From Chiloscyllium plagiosum (taxonomy: Eukaryota), in assembly GCF_004010195.1 (NCBI RefSeq), contig NC_057720.1, positions 21,817,696 to 21,881,695 on the forward strand: a stretch of DNA of 64,000 nt, written 5' to 3'. The notes below the pieces were generated by a model. That model did not search any database. It saw only the letters and a list, made by a program, of their open reading frames with translations, and had not been told where the DNA came from. Positions 36,576 through 49,555 of this stretch are shown one piece after another (the first letter of the stretch is position 1; every line of letters starts with the position of its first letter). Both the position numbers and the translations under genes were made by a program.

Positions 36576-37894
36576 ACAGACATTGGAGAAAAAATTAACT
36601 TAGTGTTTCAAGATGATGAAATGTGATTGACCTGAAGTTTTGTTTGTGGTTCCGTATATTAGATCATCTGAGTACACTCAGTATTTTTCAATATAATTGC
36701 AATACTTCTCATTCCAAAAAGCTGTGGGCAACATATGCATATGTCCAAACAGCAATATCTATTGTTTTCCATAGATTTTCATGCTGGCGATCTTTAAATC
36801 AAATTGGCCTAATTAATATGCTATTAAGTTTCAAAAGCTAAGTAGGTCTTTCATCAAATTATTGTTAAATATTCTTAATATAAACTTAGTGCACTATTTG
36901 CTGTTCAATTCTATTTTTGCTTTATTATTGATTATATTTGAGTTGTTGCCATTGAATTGGTTTTGTGTAGAAAGAGTTTTAAATGATCAAAAGGCTATGT
37001 TTCCACATGGTGAAATTTGGGTGATATAATCTTTGGATAGTACAGTCAAGAAGCAGTGAAGAGTATGCCTACTGTCTTTTGAATTCTTTAACTGATAAGG
37101 ATTGTTTTTGCTGTGCTTCACTTGTGGTTAATATAAGTAGGTCTTGAAAACGATGTGAACAATGTGTTGGGGTTTTGCAGAAGATGAAGTTATATAGTGA
37201 TGATTTAGGCTTATGTATATTAGTAGAATACTACGAGCAATCATTTTTCTAACGCTAATCCAGGAACTTTCTAGTAGTTTGTGGTGAAGAATGAACCGTA
37301 AATATGTCTTAGCAGGAGAGGTTCTTATTTTGGTTAACAACTTAAGATTTATTATGTTTTAGTAACTTTATATTATGCCGATGAAATTGTGAGAAGTAGA
37401 AGAACATCCTATCTCCAGCTTCAGAGCTCGCCAAGACTCTGCTTAATACTGCCCCGATATTCTCTAACACATAAAGGAATAGGTTGGGCTCAGATCAGCT
37501 GTTTCAAAACAATTATTTTATGCAGCAGATGTGGTGAAGGCATGCATGCAGGATTTAGTAGAGAAGGCAGTCAGCTGGAATTGAAGGCAGGCAATATCGT
37601 CAGAGTGAAATAAGTTGTTAGTAATGAATAGAATATGAGGGTCAAAGTTGAACAGGATAGCAACATAGTGAAAATGACTTGTCCGTGACAAGTGGGTCAC
37701 ACGTTGAAAATGTTGGCTTTATTTTTTATGTTGAGCCAGAGGGAGTTGCTGAGCAGTTAGAGAGCGGAGCTAGAGCAGTTATTGCTATACCTGCTGAGAT
37801 GTGTTGACTGTAGCCAAATAAGATAGGAATCATGTCATGGAATGGGTCATAGATACTGGGCAATTTCACACGTCTGTTTAAAGATCTTTCTCGC

Positions 37895-38330
37895 ATTCTT
37901 TCACAGGACTTTGTACATTACTGGCAAGGCCAGCATTTGTAATCCATACTTAATCGCCCTTGAGCAGGTGATGATGAACTGCCGTTATATGTGGTGTTAG
38001 GATGGGTGTTGCAAGGTTTTGACCCAGTGACAGTGAGGGAATGGTTACACAGTTCTAAGTCCTAGGTGGTGTGTGGTTTGGTGGTGAGCTTGCAGTTTGT
38101 GGTATTCCAATGCACCTGTTCCCCTTGTCCTTCTACATACAGTAGTAGAGTGAGTTTGGAAGATGATGCTGAAGGAATGTTGATGAGTTACTGCAGTGTA
38201 TCTCGTAGATGGTGTGCACACTTGCCACTGTGCATTGGTGCTGGTGGGCATAAAGGTTAGAGGTAGGGGATTTGGTGACAGTCAAGTAGGTTGATTTATC
38301 CTGAGTGGTTTGAACTTGAATGCTGCTAGA
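37895..38330 (-). mobile_element. Older CR1-type LINE 3' fragment
   Basis: Same family as 25345-25955. Confidence 0.6.
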
Positions 38331-38334
38331 GCAC

Positions 38335-38680
38335 TTATGGGTGGTTAAGTGATTAGCACTGCTGCCTTACACCACAAGGTTCAATTCCACCCTAGGCAAC
38401 TGTGGAGTTTTCATATTGTCCCCTTGTTTGTAAAAGTTTCCTCCTGAGGGTGCTCTGGTTTCTTTTCAGTCCAGAGAAGTGCAGGTTAGGTAGATTGGCC
38501 ATGCTGTATTAACCAGTGTCCAGTGGTGTGCAGGTTAGGTGGAATAGCCATGGGAAATAGTGTTACAGGGATGATGGGGGTGAGAGGGAAGAAGAGATCT
38601 GGGTGGTCTGCTGTTTTGGAAGGTCATTGTGTATTTGATGGGCCAAATGCCCCGCATCCACACTGCAGGGATTCCGTGAC
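38335..38680 (+). mobile_element. Diverged V-SINE
   Basis: ttagcactgctgcctt..ggttcaattcc head followed by the V-SINE core. Confidence 0.65.
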
Positions 38681-38879
38681 TTGTGGAGAATGGCTTGATG
38701 AGTCATATGGGAGTCCATATTGAAGTGCAGACTGAGGATAAATATTGCACAGATAATAACAGATCATTTAATTTAAACATTAGCACTGAGGGAGCAGGTG
38801 GTAGATCTCAGATTTCAAGCAAGAGGAAAGCCTGAAATGGTACAGGAAGAGTTGGAAAAACTATGAAAAGACAGCAAAA

Positions 38880-40520
38880 GTTCAAGGTTAGGATGGGAGT
38901 TATGTGGAAGACAGGAGTAATATCCCAACAATTAAGGAGCATCAGGGGGCAGAGTTGAGTATGGTAACCATTACAAAAGCGAGAGTACTAGAAAAGCTAA
39001 AAGGTGTGTTTTAAAAAAAAAAGATAAATCTCCCGGCCCCGATGGACTACGTCCTAGAGTTCTGAGGAAGGTGACTGAGGAAATAGCTGTGGCGTTGGTT
39101 GTGATCTCTCAAAAATCACGAGTTAGGGAAAGTCCCAGATAATTGAAAAATCGCTGTTGTAATCCTCTTCAAGAAAGGATCAAGACAAAAGATGGAAAAC
39201 TGTAGGCCGATTAGCCTAATCTCAGTTGTAGGTAAAATTCTAGAATCCATTGTTAAGGATGAGATTTCTAAATTCTTGGAAGTGCAGGATCAGATTAGAA
39301 CAAGTCAGTATGGATTTAGTAAGGGGAGGTTGTGCTTGACAAACCTTCAAAAGAATTCTGAGGTAACAAGTAGGTTAGACCAGGGAAACCCAGTGGATGT
39401 TATCTATCTAGACTTCCAAAAGGCCTTTGATAAGGTGGCTCATGGGAGGCTGTTGAATATGGTGTTTGAGGTGAGCTACTGACCTAGATTGAGGATTAGC
39501 TGTCTGACAGAAGTCAGAGTTGGGATAAAAGGTTCTTTTTTGGAATGGCAGCTGGTGACAAGTGGTGTCCCGCAGGGTTCCGTGTTGGGGCTTCAGCTGT
39601 TCACTATATATTATATCTGGATGAAGGGACCGGAGGCATTCTGGTGAAGTTTGCCGATGATATGAAGTTAGGTGGACAGGCAGGTAGTACTGAGAAGGTG
39701 GGGAGGCTGCAGAAAGATTGAGACAGTTTAGGGGAGTGGTCCAGGGAATGGCTGCTAAGTGAGCAAATGTGAGGTCCTGCACTTTGGAAAAAAGAATACA
39801 GGCTAGGACTATTTTGTAAGCAATGAAAAAATTCATAAAGCCAAAGTACACAGGGGTCTGGAAGTGCTAGTCCAGGATTCTCTAAAAGTTGACTTGGAGG
39901 TGGAGTCCATGGTTAAGAAAGCAAATGTAATATTGTCATTTATCTCGAGCATTAGAATATAAAAACAGCAATGTGCTTCTAAGGCTTTATAATGCCCTAG
40001 TTAGGACCCGTTTAGAATACGGTGTCCCATTCAGGAAGGACATACTGACAGTGGAGCGTGTCCAATGGAGATTCACACGGATGATCCCTGGAATGGTAGG
40101 CCTAGCATACAATGAACAGCTGAGGATCCTGGGATTGGATTGATTATAGTTTAGAAGGTTGAGGGGAGATCTAATAGCAACTTACAAGATAATGCATGAC
40201 TTAGAAAGGGTGGACGCTAGGAATTTGTTTCCGTTAGGTGTGGAGACTAGGACCCGTGGGCACAGCCTTAGAATTAGAAGGGGTCAATTGAGACATTTCT
40301 TGAGCCAGAGATTGGGCCTGTGGAATTCATTGCCATGGAGCGTAGTGGAGGCCGGGACATTAAATGTCTTCAAGAATTTATCAATCTCTGCCATGATCTC
40401 TCAAGGAATTGGGGGCTACGGGGCGTGTGCAGTAAGTGGAGTTGAAATGCCCATCAGTCATGATTAAATGGCAGAGTGGACTTGGGCCGAATGGCCTTCG
40501 TTCCACTCCTATGTCTTATG
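38880..40520 (+). mobile_element. CR1 LINE (RT region to 3' end), frameshifted
   Basis: ORF 39192..39482 (NCRPISLISVVGK...YLDFQKAFDKV), FADD remnant, cctatgtcttatg tail. Confidence 0.9.
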
Positions 40521-41254
40521 GATAGGTAGGTGACTGTGGCGTTGTTTAGAGGAAGCGGAATAAAGAGCAGCACAATTGTTTCATGGTCAGCATCAAACTC
40601 CTAATTCCATTTTTGTTTTATTGAATTCAAATTTACCATGGTAGATGGTGGGATTGGTACCTGGGTCCCCAGAACATTATCAGGGTCACTGGATTAACTG
40701 TCTAGTGATAATACCACTCATTCCATCACCTCCGTATCATTTTCATTCATCCCCAGACCAGTAGTGGAGGTCAAAACACCAGGACATGGAAGCACCTGGG
40801 TCTGGAGGAACGCCCAGTGATGGTGAAAGAAAATCAACGTTGTTTGCCACTTTGCCAACTTAATTGCTACCATCTTCTAATCTCTTTTTTAATAGATATT
40901 TTTATTAGAAATTTAACATTTTTACAAGTTTACAAAAATAAACAAAACTCAAGTACAAACATTGATATACAATTAAATCTTAAATAAATAATAACCAAAA
41001 CTGAACAAAAGAAAAATACTGAGAAGGAAAAAAAAAACTCAACTAACTACTAATCTAGCCTACAACGAACCAGAGTGTATATTCAAGTCTCTTACATTAT
41101 TCAAATAAGAGAAAGGGAAAAAAAAACGGATAACACAGAAATTGGGTAGTGAGATACATGCTCGGAATGTGTTAACATCAAATGTAACAAAACACGTATT
41201 TGTGCGGGATTCGTCTCCCAAGGGGCCCCGGACCAGCCAGGTTCATAATCTCAA

Positions 41255-44200
41255 TTAAATAAAAGTCCTTGTTAGGATAGCTGAAATATCTGTATTCATA
41301 TAATTAAAGAAGGGCTGCCATATTTTATGAAATAATTCGGGCTTTCGGTGCACCATATTTGTAAGGAAGTCAAGGGGGATGCATTCCACAATTAATCTGT
41401 GCTAATTTGAAAGTCCAGGGGGACCCTCAGCCACCCAGTTTACCAAAATATTTTTCCTTGCACAGAAAGAGAATAGAAAATAGTCTCTTCCCGTGCATAT
41501 CCAGGGAGGGTAAGTTCAAAAAGCCCAAAAGGAGAGATACAGGGTCCACTTTAATTTCTGTTCCTAAAATTTCTGTCAGGGTACTTGCTACTTTAGTCCA
41601 GTATCTACAGATCTTATGACAGGTTCATAGGCAATGTACAAGAGTGCCCACCTGTATTTTACATTTGGGACACATTGGAGATGCTCCTGCCTTAAATTTT
41701 CCCAATCGATCCGGTGCTATATGGGCCCTATGAAATATCTTCAGCTGGATAGCCTGAGTTCTGTTACAGATGGTGATTCTTCTGGTGTTTTTCCCAAATG
41801 TCATTCCACGTTTCTATAGAGATTTCTAGTCCCAAATCCTGATCCCATGTTTTAAGCAGATTGTCCATATCTCCCGATACTTCATCATGTTGTAAATGAT
41901 AAATAGTACTGACGAAGATACCCCCATTGGTTATAGTACTCGACATTCTCTATCTGATTTATAAAGACTATCTAATAACGTAGTCGCCTTCTGTATATAA
42001 TATCGAATTTGGAAGTATCGAAAGATCTGAATTTCTGACGCAGCTGTTCAAAAGACATCAGGACCCCATCTTTAAATAGGTCATGAGATACCCTTGGATC
42101 ACCAGAGTTTAAAAGTGGCATCTGTAAACCCCGGTTGGAATCCCCATGCTCCCACTATCGGCGCATAGGGGGATGTTTTATGTGAGTTGCCCTCATTTTG
42201 CCACATTATATTCCAAGCTTTAATTGTGTTTAGTATTATAGGGTTTTTTAAGTGATCTGTAATGATTTTCCTCTCGTCTGAAAATAAAAGGTTTAAAAGT
42301 GGGCATTTTACTTGAGAAGCCTCAATGTCCAGCCAGATTGGGTCTTGTCTGATCCGCAATCAATCAGCTATGTAACTTAATAGGGAACTTCCCAGATTTT
42401 AGGAAATATCAGTTAAGTCCAATCCTCCCCTTGCCTGTGGAAGCTGTAGCTTCTTCAGCTTAATGAGGGGCCGTCTATGATTCCAGATAAAGGAACCCAA
42501 CCAGCCATATAATTTACGTAGTGCCAACCTTGGCAGCGTCACTGGAAGCATTCTCATAGGGTATAGGAGACTGGGCAGGGCATTCATTTTAATTAGTGCT
42601 ATTCTACCCAGCCAGGAAATTGGAAGGTCTCCCCATCGCTGGAGGTCCTGCCTTATCCTTTCCAGTAAATGCACAAAGTTAGCCTTGTATAACTGACCAA
42701 ATACTGGGGTAATAAAAATGCCTAAATATAAGAAACCCTCCAGGCACCACCGAAAGGGAAAGTGGGATCCGTCCACTAAGTGGGGTATCATAGCAAGGAC
42801 ACCCACTGGCATTGCCTCCGATTTTGAGAAATTAATTTTATAGCCTGAGAATGCACTAAATGTATTAATAACTTGGATTAAGCGAGGTATGGACATCAGG
42901 ATTACTGAGGAATAGAAGAACATCATCTGCATAGAGGGTAATTTTATGTTTACCAATCCTCGGGGCCGTTATATTAGGATCAGCCCCCGTATAGCTTCTG
43001 CTAGTGGTTCAATTATTCACGTAAATAACAATGGCGAGAGCGGACATCCCTGACGGCAGCCCCTACCCACACTGAAGCTATCCAAACCTAATCCATTGGT
43101 AACCACAACTGCTTTGAGATCACTATACAATGTTGAGACCCATTTGATAAACACCTTTCCAACGCCAAACCTTTCCAATGTGTAAAACAAATATGACCAT
43201 TCAACCCTATCGAATGCCTTTTCCGCGTCTAATAAGACTACTACTCCTGGTATCTTTCCCTCCTCGCAGGCTTGAATCATATTCAAAGCCCTTCTAACAT
43301 TGGATGATCTACGGCCCTTTAATAAACCCTGTCTGATCCTCCTTTATGATATGTGGCAATACCCTTTCTAGTCTCAATGCTAACATTTTAGAAAGGATTT
43401 TAAAATCTACATTTAGCAAGGATATTGGTCTGTATGACGCACAATCTTCTGGATCTTTTCCTTTAAGGATAAGAGATATTTGCCTCTTTCAGTGAAGGCG
43501 GGAGACAGCCCTAACTGTATGCGTAGTTATACATGTCCATAAGTGGACCAGCCAATATTCCTGTAAATTCTTTATAGAATTCAGCTTGAAAACCATCTGG
43601 GCCAAGTGCCTTACCGCTCTGAAGTTGCCTGATTGCGTCAAGTATTTCTTGGACTGTTAGGGGAGCATTTAAGACGGATACCTGTTCTGGAGTTAGGTCC
43701 AGAAAGGTCAAATTTTTAAAAAATGATTGCATCCTCCTAGGCCTGTCTTCATAATCCTGCGATTTATATAAATCAGAATACAATTTTCTAAAGATTGCAT
43801 TAATCCTTTTATGATCATGAGTCAGAGTACCTGCACTTTCCTTGATAGACGTGATAGTTTGAGGAGCCTTTTTTCTTTGCAAGAAATGCGAAGTATCTAC
43901 CCGGTTTGTCGCCAAATTCATATAACCTTTGTTTTGCAAATATTTCCCTCTTAGCCGTTTGGGTAAGCGTGGTGTTTAGAGCTGTCCTAAGGGCCGTAAT
44001 CCTTTGCAATTTGATAATAGAAGGTCTATCAGCGTATGCTGCTTCAGCTGCTTTTAAGCGAGCTTCGAGCAGACGCTGTTGTTCTCCTTTTAATTTTTTC
44101 TGGATCGCTGAGTAGGAGATGATCAAACCTCGCGTGTAAGCTTTGATGGTCTCCCACATCATTGATGGGTTGCTAGCCGTACCTAAATTAATTTCTAAAA

Positions 44201-44992
44201 AAGTTTTAAATTCTTGAGAGAAGTACTTTACAAATTTACTATCTTTCATCAAGAAGAGGTCCATACGCCAATGCAGAGGGGATGTCCCGTTGTTCCTCGC
44301 CTTGATTTCCATATATACAGCAGCGCTTTCGGAAATTGCTATGCTACCTATTTTACAGGGTGATATGGAATTTTTAAAAATCGAGGGGGCAAAAAACATA
44401 TCAATTCTGGTATGAAATTTATGTGGATTGGAGTAAAAAGAAAAATCTCTGCCCTGTGGATGAAGACATCTCCGTACATCTACTAATCCTAATTCTTTGT
44501 TCAGATCCACCAGTTGTCTCGATCTGGGAGATACTCCTGCAGTACTCTTGGGAATCCTATCTATTTCCGGATCCATATACAATTAAAGTCTCCCCCTATA
44601 ATTGTATGACGGGCACCAAGAGCCATCAATATTTTTAAAGGGGTGTGCCGGGGGCAGTACAAATTTAAAATCCCATATTCCTCTCCAGTTATAAGGGCTT
44701 TAATCAGAATATATCGTCCAGATTCGTCTTTTATCTGATTTAGGATTTTGAAAGGGAAATTCTTCCGAATAAGAATAACAACTCCCCTACTTTTTGAGCT
44801 AAAAGAAGAAAAAGGCCTGATCAAATCCACCCTGTCGTAATTTTGTGTTCTTTATCCAACAGGTGTGTCTCCTGTAGGAGATCTATATCAACTCTTTCTT
44901 TCTTGAGATTTGATAATATTTTCTTCCTTTTGGACTGGCGAATTACTCCCCTTGACATTCCAGGTGCACCATTTAACCGACTGATCAACCAT
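41255..44992 (-). pseudogene. L1 ORF2p (APE endonuclease, RT, Cys-rich domain), disrupted
   Basis: TWNVKG, LLQETH, GGDFN, RIDMF, LDAEKAFDRV, GCRQGCPLSP, YADD (forward 42922-42933), CPKC..HCL.TC. Confidence 0.9.
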
Positions 44993-45704
44993 AATCGTCC
45001 GGGCAAATCCAAGACCCCCTCGGGAGGAGAAACCCTATCCAGAACATACCGAGCATAGAGCATATAAAATTCACAAAAATAAAGGCTCTCTAATACACTC
45101 ACAACAGTATAATAAAAAACTATTTATAAATAACAAAAAAAGTATTTAAATGGAGATTTTCCCCCTTGTTCCCGGGGGGTGTCACTTCCTTTCCAAAGGT
45201 CCATCGTATCCTCTCCCAACCAGTGCCACACCCTTGACCCAGGCGCTGTTCAATAGGATGAGGAGAATTCAAATATACTACAGAGCTAGAGTTAACAGTG
45301 AGCACTTCCCCCACCCCCCCACACCAACACCTGGATATATTTGGTAATGTCAATGCCATGTATAAACATATATAACTATAAAATTACAGCCTCAACAAAT
45401 AATAATTAAATATAATAATACAAAATAAGGGAAAGCAACCCCGCTCCTAGAGACAGAGGTAAAGTAGAATAAGGTAACCACCTCCCCCACCAACATTAAT
45501 TTCCCCCCCACCCCTCGGCTTATATATAGAATAAAAAAAACCCAAGGGGGTGGTGAGGGAAGAAAATCGTTAAACAGAGAACAAATAAATAAATCCCTCT
45601 TCCCCACCCCCAAGATAATATTAAACAGTAAGGTTAAAAAAAAAAAGGGGGGCTATAAACCGGAGTGGGGGCAAGGCAAACCAACATCCATTATCTCTTA
45701 CAAT

Positions 45705-46559
45705 TTATCTAAGAGAGTCCAAAAATTCCTTAGCCTTTTCCGGCGATCTGAAGTTATACACGGATCCTTCATGGTTAAAGTGTAGCGTCGCTGGGTAGCG
45801 TAAGGAGTACTGAATATTTAAGTCCCTTAAACACTTCTTCGCCTCATCGAATGCCTTCCTCTTTCAGACCAGAGCTGGGGAAAAGTCCTGGAATAACATG
45901 ATCTTGGATCCTTTATAGATCATGGCTTGGGAATCTTTTCCAAGATTTCTAGAGGCTTCTAGGAGTATCTGCCTCTCCTTCTAGCTCTGCAGCCAGAACA
46001 GGACCCGGCGGGGACGCTGGTTCGAGCCGGGCCCGCATATTGCGACCCGGTAGGCCCGTTCCACCCTTATCTGGCCTGATCCAGCCTCCAGATTTAACAG
46101 CTGTGGCAGCCACTGTTCGAGAAACGCTGTGAGCTAGCCTGCCTCTTCCCGTTTGGGAAGGCCCAGCAAACTAATATTTTTTCGACCTCGATTATCGAGG
46201 TCATTAATATGATTCTCTCCGGTCCGGACTCGCTGTTCGAAAGTCCGGACCCGATCCACGGCCGATTGTGCTGTAGTTTTGGAGGTCGCAGCCTTTAGCT
46301 CCTCCCATCCGCCTCGGCGCTCGGTTTCCTTAATGTCTCAGTCATACTTTTGCAGCACGGCCAAGAGTGAGTCCCATCGACTTCGGGATTCTTCAATAAA
46401 AGCGTCGATCTTCGCATCCAGTTTAGAGATGCTTTCCACGAGGCTCACCACCATAGGTAAGTCCCCCGGGGTGGCTGCAGACGCCTCTGCTGCAGCTGGA
46501 GAGGGTGGGGGAGGGGTTCCTGCTTGCTGAGAGCTGCGGGCTCCCTTCCCTTTAGTCAT
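45705..46559 (-). pseudogene. L1 ORF1p (disrupted): MTKGKGARSSQQ...FRSPEKAKEFLDSLR*
   Basis: Coiled-coil-like start, FQDFS motif, LRYPATL motif near the C-terminus; internal frameshifts and stops. Confidence 0.8.
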
Positions 46560-48199
46560 TTTTACTGAAGATTAGATTGTTTAAATTTAATACTAAGCAA
46601 CTAATTAAATTAAACAGCTATTTTAAATGATGTGGTGAGGGTGGGTGACCCACTTTGCCCAAGTCTTGGGAGGAGCACTGTAGACTCAGACTTGCTGGGT
46701 TGCCGCCATCTTGGATCCCCATATCTCTCACTTAATCTCTGCTACTGTACCTGCCTTCCACCAAGGCTCATGCTTGACCACTCACTTCTCTGCAACATCT
46801 TCCTTCACTCACTCTTGCCTACTGCAACACTCCAGTACCATTAATCCTGCATATCCTCTGTGCTTCCTACTCAGGAGACCTCTCCACCAACCGGGAAAGT
46901 ACCGGCTGTGCCAACCACTTCCACCTCTCCGATTAATGGCCCCCCAACATTTCTCTTTACAGAAGGGCTGAAGGTAGGGAGCTGCGCTGTTTGTTGTTCA
47001 GCTCCTTTCTGATAGATGTGTCCTGATTCTGACTGCGTCGGTCAGACCCTGAATTTTATCGGAAGCTGCTCTTGACTTACTGTGCCAGGAACCTCTGTAC
47101 AAAGGCCTGAGGTCAGCTGATGCCAATGCTGGCTTTGTGTCTGCATTAAACAGCAAGGCAAGGCAGGACAGCAGTAATATAAACCTGCTGTCTCTGTTGA
47201 GGCAAAGTGCAGAAAGGCAACGATGCTGCAAGCATCCAAGTGCGCACAGAATAAGTGAGTGATATGACAGGAAGTGAAGATCCCAGAGATGATAAATGAG
47301 CTTGGTACATGTCTCTCAGCATGCACTGCCCTTGGTGCAGCATTGCAATGATAGTTGTCGGTGCAATATGAACTGCATAAGTGTAAGTGGATTGAACTAC
47401 CATGAGTGTTTTTAAAGACAGGTGCATGTCATCTGCCAAAGTCATTGATGTGAGATGTGTGGCTGGTGCCCATGGAGCATGGCCTGAAATGTTGCCAACA
47501 TGGAGGTTGTTTGGAGCAAGGGGTGAACTGAATCCATGTGGTACCTGCTCTGGTTTCCTCATCGAGCTTTCCTGACATTGAGCTTGTTTGGGGAGTTTGG
47601 TGAAAAGATGGAAGGCTGAGTATTAGTGAAGTGAGTTGTCACATTAACCAGTGTTAATTCTAGTCAGTTGGCATCTTGATGCTGCCTCATGAGAATCCCA
47701 CCATGCTCCTTGTTTTAAGAAAGAATTTCCAAGTGTGAAGGTCTGTTGAGATGGGCCTTACTGGACTTGGTGCCTGATTCTGCTGCACATCTCACCTTAG
47801 CCTATGTTTCTCCGACCTCTATAAGACCTATCCACCTACTGCACTAACCATCAATCATCAGAGATTGATTAACTCCGTGGGCTGTTTGATACATTATAAA
47901 GTTATGAAGCAGACATTCCAGCAAACTGACAGATTTGTCTGTGGCTTACAATTGCAGAGCATACCATCTGTCAGGCTGAGTTTCAGCACTATGAATACAC
48001 ATGTGGAGTCCTTTAAAAATGAGATATCTGAAAGGGAAGGTGCACGAACAGCATATCTCTCTTCAAAATAAAAGTTTAACTCTTCACAATAACAAATGAG
48101 CCTACGAGTCTCAATAGCATATAGGTAACTTGCTGGTATGCCTTGGTCTCACGGTGACTTTGCTGGAGGTGCTATTGATTTCTTTAAAGGTGAATGCCC

Positions 48200-49020
48200 T
48201 TAAAAGTAAGGTACTAAAATGGGGATGTATGATTCTGCGATGTTTACCCCATTTATGACACTGCATGTGCTGAAGCAGTCCCTATCCATAACTGAACAGA
48301 ACGGGACAATATTCAGGCTTAGGCTGCCAGGCAATAATTGTTTACAACAGGAGTAAATCTAACCATTGTCACTTAATGTTCAATGGTATTACTATTCCTG
48401 AATCCCATAATATTAACAGCCTGAGGATTACTGTTGACCAGTAACCAAGCTGGACCAGTCATAAATACAGTGGCAAGAAGAGTATGCCACAGGCTAGGAA
48501 TTCTGTAGTGAGTAACATTCCTCCTGTCTCCAAAACCTGTCCATTATGAATTGCATGTCAGAAGTGTAAGGATAAGTGTGGCTCTGACAACATTCTAGAA
48601 GGTTGACACTATCCAAAGCAAAGTAACCCATTTGACTGGCATCACATCCAACCTTTTGCTCCCTTCACTACTGATAGCAGTGTATACTAACTAAAGGATG
48701 CACTGCAGTTAGTCACCAAAGCTCCTTCAACAGCACCTTCCAACCTGTGACCTTTGCCATCAATAAGAATGAATGGAACACCACCAACTGCAAATTCCCC
48801 CCCCAAGTCGTGCACCATCCTGAGTTGAAACCATATCACTACACCTTGAATGTTGTTACATCAAGATTCTGGAACTTTCTTGCTAACTGCACTGTGGATT
48901 TCTTTCCATCTCAAGGACTGCAATAGTTGAAGAAAGCAGCTCACTACTACCACCACCTCCAGGGCAATTAGTGAAGAGCAGTAAATGTTGGTCTGGCCAG
49001 TAATGCTCACGTCCCAAGAA
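48200..49020 (+). mobile_element. Older CR1-type LINE 3' part
   Basis: Ends with gtaaatgttggtctggccag...gtcccaagaat, like the related copies. Confidence 0.65.
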
Positions 49021-49024
49021 TTGT

Positions 49025-49555
49025 CACGTGCGATTCTGGTCTCCTTCCTATCAGGCAGATGTTGTGAAACTTGAAAGGGTTCAGAAAATGGTTGAGGATG
49101 TTTCCAGGGTTGGGGGATTTGAGCTATAGGGAGAGGCTGAACAGGCTGGGGCTGTTTTCCCTGGAGCGTCAGAGGCTGAGGGGTGACCATATAGAGGTTT
49201 ATAAAATCACGAGGGGCATGGATAGGATAAATAGGTACAGTCTTTTCCCTGGGGTGGTGGAGTCCAGACCTAGAGGGTGTAGGCTTAGGGTGAGAGGGGA
49301 AAAGATATAAAAGAGACCTAAGGGGCAACTTTTTCATGCAGAGTGTGGTGCGTGTGTGGAATGAGCTGCCAGAGGAAGTGGTGGAGCTGGTACAATTACA
49401 ACATTTAAAAGGCATCTGGATGGGTGTATGAACAGGAAGGGTATAGAGGGCCAAATATTGGCAAATGGGACTAGATTAATTTAGGATATCTGGTCAGCAT
49501 TGATGAGTTGGACAGAAGGGTCTGTTTCCGTGCTGTACATCTCTATGACTCTATT
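49025..49555 (+). mobile_element. CR1 LINE 3' fragment
   Basis: ORF 49071..49310 and ctctatgactcta tail. Confidence 0.92.

Larger units (their letters stand above)
40885..46720 (-). mobile_element. Full-length, disrupted L1-clade LINE (~5.8 kb)
   Basis: 5' end GGGGATCCAAGATGGCGG, ORF1, ~710-nt spacer, ORF2, AATAAA (forward TTTATT at 40901-40906) and a short A tail. Confidence 0.93.

Noticed and set aside
46721..47800. GC-richer segment with several short ORFs next to the L1 5' end
   Set aside because: No recognisable protein motif; probably an old unclassified repeat.
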